The notes beneath the pieces were generated by a model. It worked only from the letters and a program-made list of their open reading frames with translations, was not told the origin of the DNA and did not search any database. A DNA stretch of 23,094 nucleotides from Planctomycetota bacterium. Lineage in GTDB: Bacteria > Planctomycetota > UBA1135 > UBA2386. A program made the position numbers and the translations under genes. This document shows, one piece after another, positions 1-7,093 of this stretch (position 1 is its first letter; each line of letters begins with the position of its first letter). The stretch is from contig CANMWZ010000051.1 in the NCBI GenBank assembly GCA_947501605.1, positions 1 through 23,094 on the forward strand. The letters are read 5' to 3'.

Positions 1-319
1 CATCAGCAGTGCATTGAGAGCAAGACCAGGCCAACATGGCGGAGCAGCCGACGAACGCCCCCAAGCGGGCCATCTCGGCTGAGCGCCAAGGACGTTGGCC
101 CGTCGAGGGGACAGGAGCCTCACGGACTTCGGACTCCGGTTCCGAGCGCGAGCAACCGAGAGACCAACGAGTCCATGGTTCAGGGTTCACCGCGACCTGG
201 TGGTGTCGACTCAGTCTCGGGTGCGCGACGCCCGCAGGCGGTTGGGCCAGTGGTCCCGTTCCGACGTCTTTACGGGGGCACTCTGTTCAAGAGCCCGAAG
301 GTCGTCCGTTCCTCTGTGG

Positions 320-402
320 TGTGTCCGAACTGTGTCCATTCGTCGCCGGACCCGAAGAACATGGCGAGGCTGGACACCACAGCCTTCGGGTTGTAGTGTC
401 CA
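320..402. repeat. Cluster of GTGTCC motifs, candidate tyrosine-integrase arm-type binding sites
   Basis: TGTGTCC at 320-326 and 331-337 (direct, 11-bp period), TGGACAC at 371-377 (inverted) and GTGTCCA at 396-402. The repeats are seen directly; the arm-site role is inferred from their position next to the att core. Confidence 0.5.
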
Positions 403-467
403 TCCCTGACGCTCATTACATCCAACTGCCTGCTCCGCCCTGGTTTACGTATGAGGCCCTTCCCCGC

Positions 468-512
<45 letters not shown>

Positions 513-517
513 GTTAC

Positions 518-558
518 CAGGGCGGATCGGCATGCCGGTCCGCCCTGTGTCGTTTCTA
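518..558 (+). terminator. Intrinsic terminator downstream of the tRNA 3' end
   Basis: 13-bp stem CAGGGCGGATCGG (518-530) / CCGGTCCGCCCTG (535-547) with one G-U pair and loop CATG, followed by TGTCGTTTCT. Confidence 0.75.
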
Positions 559-768
559 GCGGTCGAGAGTAGGTCTGGCGGACCCGGTTGCCGTTCAGGT
601 TCCGTCTCCGAATGCGGACGACGACCAGCCATATGAGAATGGCGCCACGGGGGGGGGCTTTGCGGCTCTTTCGGCTGGTTCGCGAGGACGCGGACTCGTT
701 CTGCCAACGGCCCCTGACCTCGACTTCTTTGCTCCTTCGGAAGGCTCGGAAGTGGGAGCCGCCGCACT

Positions 769-800
769 CGCGGTTCCGCGGTTCCGCGGTCCCGCGGCCC
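769..800. repeat. Tandem 8-mer repeat, 4 copies
   Basis: CGCGGTTC CGCGGTTC CGCGGTCC CGCGGCCC. Confidence 0.85.
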
Positions 801-1580
801 TGGGCGCGGTCTGCAGAGATCCGTCCGCGTCACCCAGGGGTTCTGCGGGTGACCCATCCGAGGTGGCCAACACGCCGCGGATCGCGGTGGGCACCTTGTT
901 GGTTCGCGGTCTTGTTCGATTTGTAGGCGCCGCTGCCAGCTTCGTCGCCGAGTTCGCGGCCGGCCGGCGTTGCGACCGAAACGGGGATGTCTCCCTGCTG
1001 TGTGCGGAACTCTGCGATCGACGCCGTCATCACGGCGCCCGCCGATGTGCGGCACAGCACCCTCTGGGGCCGTGCTCTCGCCGCCGCGCCGATGCCCCAA
1101 GCAGTCTGTTGCAGAACGCATCCTCCCTGCGGGCGCAGTAGCTGGTCCGATCTCTGCATCGCACGATCTGCGTCGGATCTGCAGAGTCGGCTCCGTTCGC
1201 GCTCCTTGATCTCGAACGAGCTCCCGAGCCCTGGGCGACGGAGCCGTGCTTCAACAGGCTGCTGGTGTGGACATCCGCGGCGAGCGACTGGCCCCACGAG
1301 TGGCCCGACGGGTGGCGACGAGATGGGCGTCTGCGGGAGCTACTTCGACGTGGTTTGCGGCCCGGTGGTATGTCGACGCTCGAGGTGCTCGCGTGCGATT
1401 GCGGCTTCGACGACGCGGCGTTGCGACACATATGTCCTGGCGCTTCCAATCGCCATTTCCTCGCCTTTGCGGCCACGTGTGGGGCGGCTGTTCAAGGTGG
1501 CGCCCTGGGCTAGCATCCAAGGTCTCACGGAAATCTCTCGCGTCGCGTCAGTCCTCGCTGCTGCGCCGTCCGTCGTAACC

Positions 1581-2090
1581 ATGCCACCACGGAAATTCGA
1601 TCCCGCACCCGCACTGGTGTCGCCCAGTGCTGCACTGGCCAAGCGGCTTTTGAGCATAGGCGACCGGCTGCGCGACGCGAGAAAGGCGGCAGGGCTCTCG
1701 CAAGAAGAGTTGGCGCACCGCCTTGGCACCGTCCAGCGCTCGATCACGCGCTGGGAGTCCGGCCACTGTGATCCTGGCTTCGCCGCCGTCAGCGAGATCG
1801 CGCGGATCTGCGGTGTCTCACTCGATTGGATCGCCGGGGTCATTCCGACCCGTCCAATTCTCCTACCCGGAGCCGTGCTCCTAGACAGAGATGTCATCGA
1901 CACGATCCGGGATTTGGCGGAGAACGGTGCGAAGCCAGAGGACATTCCCGAGGCAATGTGGCGCCGCCCGGGCATCGACTACGTCTTCGTGATGCCGAAG
2001 CGGCTTGAAGTGTTGCCGATGGCAGAGGCCGAGAAGCTTGACTTGGACGTGCGGCAGTGGCTGCGGACAATCTCGAAGGAGTCGAAGTGA
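1581..2090 (+). CDS. XRE/Cro-CI family (HTH_3) transcriptional regulator with an uncharacterised C-terminal domain, 169 aa
   Basis: IGDRLRDARKAAGLSQEELAHRLGTVQRSITRWESGHCDPGFAAVSEIARICGVSLDWI is a canonical XRE HTH. ATG 1581 chosen because the ORF extension to 987 does not look like protein; a later start is possible. Confidence 0.88.
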   Translation: MPPRKFDPAPALVSPSAALAKRLLSIGDRLRDARKAAGLSQEELAHRLGTVQRSITRWESGHCDPGFAAVSEIARICGVSLDWIAGVIPTRPILLPGAVLLDRDVIDTIRDLAENGAKPEDIPEAMWRRPGIDYVFVMPKRLEVLPMAEAEKLDLDVRQWLRTISKESK

Positions 2091-2563
2091 GCACGACACG
2101 CAAGCTTGGTGACATTCCACTCAGCGACTACATCCGGATGACTCGTCGTCCGAAGAGCGGCTTGCGTTGGTGGAAGCCCGGCGCGCTGGCGGTTCTCTGC
2201 GTGGTGGCCTTCGCTGCCGGCCAAGTCGCTCCCAGGATTGGCAAGAGTTCACAGGACCTCAGTAGCGAAGAAGCCAGGGCGATCCTCGCGGAATCCACCT
2301 CGAAGCCCACGGATCGGGTGAATGCGATCGTGGCCTTGACTATTCAGGCGCATGCGAACCTCGAGGTGCTAGGCGCCTGCGCGATCGAGAATGACACGGG
2401 GGACGCAGAGTCTGTGCGAGCTCGCATCAACGCCGCCTTGGGACTGAGAAACCTCGCGATCAAGGCCGCGAGGAAGCTGCGGGGTGCGGCGGAGTCTCGG
2501 GGCGATCCGGATGCCACGAAGTACTTCGGCGACCTTCGCACCGAAGTTACGAAGTCCAACTGA
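2087..2563 (+). CDS. Hypothetical single-pass membrane protein, 158 aa
   Basis: GTG start overlaps the XRE stop (GTGA 2087-2090), with AAGGAG at 2076-2081. Basic N-terminus, hydrophobic segment WWKPGALAVLCVVAFAAG, then an Ala-rich, probably helical domain. Confidence 0.78.
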   Translation: MSTTRKLGDIPLSDYIRMTRRPKSGLRWWKPGALAVLCVVAFAAGQVAPRIGKSSQDLSSEEARAILAESTSKPTDRVNAIVALTIQAHANLEVLGACAIENDTGDAESVRARINAALGLRNLAIKAARKLRGAAESRGDPDATKYFGDLRTEVTKSN

Positions 2564-2582
2564 TCGTCACTGCGGGCCAAAC

Positions 2583-2834
2583 ATGCAACGAATCACCGTC
2601 GTTCCTTCTCCGCCTGTCGGCGGCAAGTCGTGCAAGATCTGCTACGACTTCTCGGGCTCCGGCATTTCTTCGACCACGCTGAAGGTGCTCTACAGCCCGA
2701 CATCGGCGGGCACGAACAGCGTCAATGTGACGGTCGCAGCGAACTGCGAGGAGATCACGTGCGCCATCGCGGAGTCGTTGGTGATCGAGGATGCGGCGGG
2801 GCCGAGTGACAGCTACGCATCGTCGATCCTGTAG
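2583..2834 (+). CDS. Small hypothetical Cys-containing protein, 83 aa
   Basis: ATG 19 bp after the previous stop. MQRITVVPSPPVGGKSCKICYDF...NCEEITC... has a realistic composition (few Arg) with mostly G/C third positions and alternating beta-strand patterns. Confidence 0.72.
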   Translation: MQRITVVPSPPVGGKSCKICYDFSGSGISSTTLKVLYSPTSAGTNSVNVTVAANCEEITCAIAESLVIEDAAGPSDSYASSIL

Positions 2835-3053
2835 CTCGATTGTCGCGCCCAGGGCAAGACCGGAATCGCGCGCGAGATCGAGAAAAGGGGAAGAAGGAGA
2901 GTCACTCAACTCCGGCAGTTCCTGCGGCGAACCTCACCCGCTGGCAGGAACTCTCGACGGCTGGGTGCGAGATCCGCCGAGATGATGTGGCCTTCCGGCT
3001 GCGTCATCTCGGCAAAATCCCGGGCACTCGGCTGGCGTTGCCGGCGGCGTGCC

Positions 3054-3452
3054 ATGAGTTCTGCCCCAGCGTCTCCCCTGCATCGGATCGACCGATCCGT
3101 GGTGGTTGCGATCGCGACGTTTGCCATCGTTGTCGCGACGTCCGTGGTCAGCATCTTCGCGTTCTACTTTGGCCTGCCGCCGGACGACGCTGCCTTTGGC
3201 AAGGACCAGCTCGCGTTCCCTGTTGGCATGGTTGCCATCCCTTTGTCCGTGCTCGCCTTCGCGGTCGCCTGGCCGCTGATGCACTTCGGTTTGAAGGCAG
3301 CCGACCTGCGCCTTGCACTCCCGGTAGTCGCCGGCACCGTCTTGGTGGTGACGCCATTGGTCGCTCTGGTGCAACCCGTGCTGGCACCCGTTCTCGGACT
3401 TGCTTCAGGCGCGGCGGCCATCCTGCTCTGCCGCAGGGCCTTTCGTCAGTAG
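3054..3452 (+). CDS. Small integral membrane protein (about 4 TM), 132 aa
   Basis: Long hydrophobic segments: VVVAIATFAIVVATSVVSIFAFYF; VGMVAIPLSVLAFAVAWPLMHFG; LALPVVAGTVLVVTPLVALV; VLAPVLGLASGAAAILLC. Confidence 0.78.
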   Translation: MSSAPASPLHRIDRSVVVAIATFAIVVATSVVSIFAFYFGLPPDDAAFGKDQLAFPVGMVAIPLSVLAFAVAWPLMHFGLKAADLRLALPVVAGTVLVVTPLVALVQPVLAPVLGLASGAAAILLCRRAFRQ

Positions 3453-3511
3453 GTGCTCCTGGAGTCGCTGCCCGGCGTGCAAATCGGCGATGGCTGCGGC
3501 ATCGTTCCAAG

Positions 3512-3928
3512 ATGCCCACTTGCCGATGGACTCACCCTGCCGCGGTAGCCGCGGTGTCCGCGATGGCGGCCTGTGCGGGCTCGCCGCTGCCCGAGAATCC
3601 GCACTTCTCGTCGCAGACCGTCACTGTCACCGACCGAGGTCTGCAGCCCGGTGCAGAACTCGCCATCGCCGACTTTGGCACGGTGGTGTTTCGCAACGGC
3701 CGCAGCGCCGGTGACGTAGCGATCGCGATCGCGCGGCCGTTCGAGCCGAGTGCTCAGTGCTCCACAACGCTCCAATTCTTCGCGCAAGAATCGCAGTCCG
3801 TGTCGCTGCCGCTCTCGCCACACGGTGTGGCTTCGATCTGCTTCCACGAGAGTGGTTCGTTCCCATTCGTGGTCACCACCCCCGAAGGCGAACTGCGCGG
3901 CACGGTGATCGTCGGAGGCGCGCAGTGA
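3512..3928 (+). CDS. Lipoprotein with cupredoxin-like beta fold, 138 aa
   Basis: Signal peptide ending AMAA-C. Pattern TVTVTDRGLQPGAELAI...TVVFRN...ASICFHESGSFPFVV...LRGTVIV resembles cupredoxin/plastocyanin-like domains. Stop overlaps the next start (TGATG). Confidence 0.72.
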   Translation: MPTCRWTHPAAVAAVSAMAACAGSPLPENPHFSSQTVTVTDRGLQPGAELAIADFGTVVFRNGRSAGDVAIAIARPFEPSAQCSTTLQFFAQESQSVSLPLSPHGVASICFHESGSFPFVVTTPEGELRGTVIVGGAQ

Positions 3929-4794
3929 TGCGGGTGCCCGCCCTCGGCGCCGTGCTGCTCGCATCCTGTGGCGGTCTGTCGCACACGCTGCATCCGGATG
4001 TGCCGAGGCCGCACCGTCTTGCTGTCCTGCCCGTTCAGGGTGCCGCTCCGTTCGTCGAACGCGAACTCGCGCGGTCGCTGCTCCGAGCGCGCTTGCAAGA
4101 ACGTGGCTACCTCGTTGCCGAACTGGAGTTCACCGATCGCGTGTTGTCCGAGCGATCCTGGCTCTCGGATCCCGAGACGTTCTCCCCGGCATCGCTGCCA
4201 CTGTCCGAAGTTGCCACTGCCATCGGGGTCGATGGGGTGTTGGTCGTTGACCAGTTCGACGAGACGCGATGGAACGCTCTGCTGGTGCGCCGCCACGCGC
4301 TCGGGGCTCGCTTTCGCATTGTCGAGAAGGACGGCGGTGAGTGGTGGCAGGCGAACTACACCGTCGGCGTCACTGGCGGGTTTTTGTTGAAGAGCGGGCA
4401 GCTGCTCACCGAACTGCTGTCGCAAAGTACCCACGGTGCGGGCGCGGCCTCACTCGATCGGATCGATGAACTGGTCGAAGGCGTGGCGGAAGTGCTGCCG
4501 GTGGACGAGGATCGTGCCGAGCATCACATGCCGCCGGGTATCGCCGCCCCCGTGGTCGCCGCACCTGTGGTGCATGCAATCAGCGAGGGCCTTGCGCGCG
4601 TCGAAGTACGGGTCGAGGCCCCGCCCGGTTCGAGTGTGTGGCTTGACCTCGGCGACCGGCTGCGCTCGATGCCAATGTCCGGCGCAAATGCTGCCTATAC
4701 CGGCGCCGTCGATGTCCCCGCGGATTGGCCGCCGCTGGCGGTCCGCGTGCGCGTGCGCGGCGCCTTTGGGCAGCAAGCGGAGGCGACGCGATGA
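3928..4794 (+). CDS. Lipoprotein, DUF799/GNA1162 (CsgG/TolB-N-like) domain plus C-terminal beta domain, 288 aa
   Basis: Lipobox LLAS-C; RLAVLPV...LRARLQERGYLV...TDRVL...VATAIGVDGVLV pattern; coupled to both neighbours (TGATG, ATGA). Confidence 0.8.
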   Translation: MRVPALGAVLLASCGGLSHTLHPDVPRPHRLAVLPVQGAAPFVERELARSLLRARLQERGYLVAELEFTDRVLSERSWLSDPETFSPASLPLSEVATAIGVDGVLVVDQFDETRWNALLVRRHALGARFRIVEKDGGEWWQANYTVGVTGGFLLKSGQLLTELLSQSTHGAGAASLDRIDELVEGVAEVLPVDEDRAEHHMPPGIAAPVVAAPVVHAISEGLARVEVRVEAPPGSSVWLDLGDRLRSMPMSGANAAYTGAVDVPADWPPLAVRVRVRGAFGQQAEATR

Positions 4795-5849
4795 GGCTCC
4801 TCCGGTTGGTTTTGCTCGCGCTCTTTGGCCTGCTGCTGCTGGGTTGCACTGGTTCCAACGTGCGGCGCCGCGAGGATCCGCGCCTGCCAAAGCTGCGGGC
4901 GATGGGCTTTCGCATCGTCGTAGTTCCGTTCCGCACGAGTGCACCCGAAGAGGGGTTCTTGGCGACCGCGCTCGGTCCGGTCGGTGAAGTGCTGGCGCTC
5001 GAACAGAGTGGCAGGGAGCGCGGCCGCATCGAGGTTGCTGACTCACTGCGTGGCGACATCGTGGCGTGGCTGCGGCAGAGCCCCTTTGAAGTAGTCGAAC
5101 CGTGGGTCAGTGACACGCAGCTCGCGCACGTTGGCCTGGATCGAGCGGGGATGGCGGATCCGCAGAACGCCGCGCGCATTGCCGCGGCCTTGCAAGTCGA
5201 TGGGGTGCTGTTCGGCGACGTGGAGCGCTGGAACCGGTCGTACTATGTTCTGCAGTCGACCGCGGAAGTCGGCTTGCACCTCGAGCTGCGCGATCGAGAT
5301 GGAACGGAACTGTTCGCGACGACGAGGACGGAGACGCTCGGATCGGGCGTCACCGGCGGCCCGACGGGATACGGCTCACTGATCAGTGCTCCGGTCCAGG
5401 GCTTGAGTGGGAATACCCTGCGCGAGCTTTCACGGCAGATCGCCCGCAGTGCCGCGCTGGATCTTGGCGGGGCGCAGCCCGACGCCGAACCCTCGCCGCT
5501 TTTGCCTCGGCTGTCTGTGGTCTCGTTGGTGCGTCGTCACGACGGCCCGGTGCAACCGGGGGAACGTATCGACGTCCTAGCTGTCGGAACGCCGGACTGT
5601 GACGTTCGCTTCGATGTCGGGCGGCTGCGCAGCGGCGTGCCGATGCGAGCCGTGGCCACGACGGACGATGCTCGCGGCGCGCGGACGACCTACGAGGGTC
5701 ACTACGTCGTGCAGCCAACCGACCCCGTGGCCGAGGTTCCGGTCTACGTCACCATCGAGCGAACGGGCCAGCGCGGCACCCGCAGTCGCTATCGCTGGGA
5801 TGGCAGTGTGCGCATCGCGACCGACCGTGGCGCCAAGCCGGGACGCTGA
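4791..5849 (+). CDS. Lipoprotein, DUF799/GNA1162-like domain plus C-terminal Ig-like beta domain, 352 aa
   Basis: ATGA overlap at 4791-4794; lipobox LLLG-C; RIVVVPF...IAAALQVDGVLFGDVERWNRSYYVLQSTAEVGLHLELRD; C-terminal PGERIDVLAVGTP...RFDVG...VPM...YEGHYVVQP. Confidence 0.85.
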   Translation: MRLLRLVLLALFGLLLLGCTGSNVRRREDPRLPKLRAMGFRIVVVPFRTSAPEEGFLATALGPVGEVLALEQSGRERGRIEVADSLRGDIVAWLRQSPFEVVEPWVSDTQLAHVGLDRAGMADPQNAARIAAALQVDGVLFGDVERWNRSYYVLQSTAEVGLHLELRDRDGTELFATTRTETLGSGVTGGPTGYGSLISAPVQGLSGNTLRELSRQIARSAALDLGGAQPDAEPSPLLPRLSVVSLVRRHDGPVQPGERIDVLAVGTPDCDVRFDVGRLRSGVPMRAVATTDDARGARTTYEGHYVVQPTDPVAEVPVYVTIERTGQRGTRSRYRWDGSVRIATDRGAKPGR

Positions 5850-5850
5850 T

Positions 5851-5916
5851 CGCGGCACACGGGAACGCGGCATTCCAGTCGCGGCATTCCGGCGCGCCCG
5901 GGCGGGGGCGCGCTTC
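5851..5916. terminator. Short direct repeats plus GC hairpin between convergent genes (possible terminator)
   Basis: CGCGGCA(TTCC) at 5851, 5866 and 5880; stem GCGCGCCC (5892-5899) / GGGCGCGC (5906-5913) with only a weak T tail. Confidence 0.4.
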
Positions 5917-5925
5917 GTCCAGTTC

Positions 5926-6996
5926 TCACTGGGGCAGTGTCGGCGCCGTAAAGGTCACCTCGCTGCTCAGCGACTTCAGGAAGGCCACGAGGGCCTGGAT
6001 CTCGACCTCGCTCAGTTTCCGATCCATCAGTTCGGGCGAGCGCGTCGGATTGGCGCGGCCACCCGAAGCCATGAACCGGACCGCGTCCTCGAGCGTGGCG
6101 ATGCTGCCGTCGTGAAAGTAGGGCGCCGTCTTGGCGACGTCGCGCAGCGATGGGGTCTTGAAGTAGCCGTCCAATGTCGGGTCCTTCAAGTGGGCACCGC
6201 GGCCCTTGTCCGGCTCGGCCGCGTCCATGCCGATGCCGGTGTTGTGGAAGACCTTGTCCGTGAACAGCGGCGGTGCGTGGCACACGGCACAGCCAGCCTT
6301 GCCGAGGAACAGGTCGTAGCCCGCGCGAACGTCGGCATCGACCGCCTTCTCATCCCCGTTCTGCCAGCGATCGAACGCGGAGTTGATGCCACGTGGCATC
6401 CGCGCGAAGGCCGCCAGCGCCATGCCGATCGTCTCTTCGTCGGGCGATCGACCGAAGGCCTTCTGGAACAGTGACGCGTAGGTCGGGATGGCTGCGAGCA
6501 CCCCGGCGACCTTCGTCGGGTCGGCACCCATCTGGTTTTTCCACGCCGCGACGACGTTCTTCTCCATGCTCGGCGCGCGGCCATCCCAGTAGAGATTCTC
6601 GCAGTAGCCGCAGTTGACCAGAGTGGGCGTGTGGCGCTTGTTGAGGCTGCCGTCGTCCTTGGTCGAGAGCTTCTTGCCATCCGTCCAGGCAAGTTCCGGC
6701 AGGTGGCAGGTGCTGCACGACATCGTGCCACTGGCGGACAGGCGCGGATCGAAGAACAACATCGTGCCGAGTGCGAGCTTCTGGCCCGCCGGCGAGTCGG
6801 GCTTGGCCAGGCTGCCCATGTCGACGCTTTCCAAACCACCAGGCTGAAGCGGCGGCGAGATCTTGGGCGTGGTTGGCGGCAGGCCGCTCGGGTTCTGCGT
6901 CGTCGGGTTCTGAGGCGTGGGGTTTGGGGAGGTCTGGCTCGCATCGCCGGAGCAGGCGGACACGAGCAGAGTGAAGAGCAAGGCTAGGGCGCGCAT
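5926..6996 (-). CDS. Di-heme cytochrome c peroxidase / MauG family lipoprotein, 356 aa
   Basis: Lipobox VSA-C; LGTMLFFDPRLS; two heme motifs CSTCH and CAVCH; YWDGRA; FKTPSLRDVAKTAPYFHDGS; GAGGA RBS upstream. Confidence 0.93.
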   Translation of the reverse strand: MRALALLFTLLVSACSGDASQTSPNPTPQNPTTQNPSGLPPTTPKISPPLQPGGLESVDMGSLAKPDSPAGQKLALGTMLFFDPRLSASGTMSCSTCHLPELAWTDGKKLSTKDDGSLNKRHTPTLVNCGYCENLYWDGRAPSMEKNVVAAWKNQMGADPTKVAGVLAAIPTYASLFQKAFGRSPDEETIGMALAAFARMPRGINSAFDRWQNGDEKAVDADVRAGYDLFLGKAGCAVCHAPPLFTDKVFHNTGIGMDAAEPDKGRGAHLKDPTLDGYFKTPSLRDVAKTAPYFHDGSIATLEDAVRFMASGGRANPTRSPELMDRKLSEVEIQALVAFLKSLSSEVTFTAPTLPQ

Positions 6997-7093
6997 CGGA
7001 GATCCTCGGTAGGTGGTCTTGGAAGGTAGCGGCCGGCTGGGTCGTCAGCGAGCGCGGCCTGCGCGTCGGGGCGGTGGCCGGCAGGTGGTGTGC

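Noticed and set aside
41..49. GGAGCAGCC as the missing tRNA 5' half (split or permuted tRNA)
   Set aside because: Only a 9-nt match; the flanking CGCGGGG and GGTAGCTCGTCGGG are absent.
769..800. CRISPR array or iterons
   Set aside because: Contiguous 8-mers without spacers; no cas or rep gene in the window.
2840..3511. Long N-terminal extension of the cupredoxin-like ORF (362 aa)
   Set aside because: It overlaps the membrane-protein gene in another frame, and the signal peptide defines a start near 3512.
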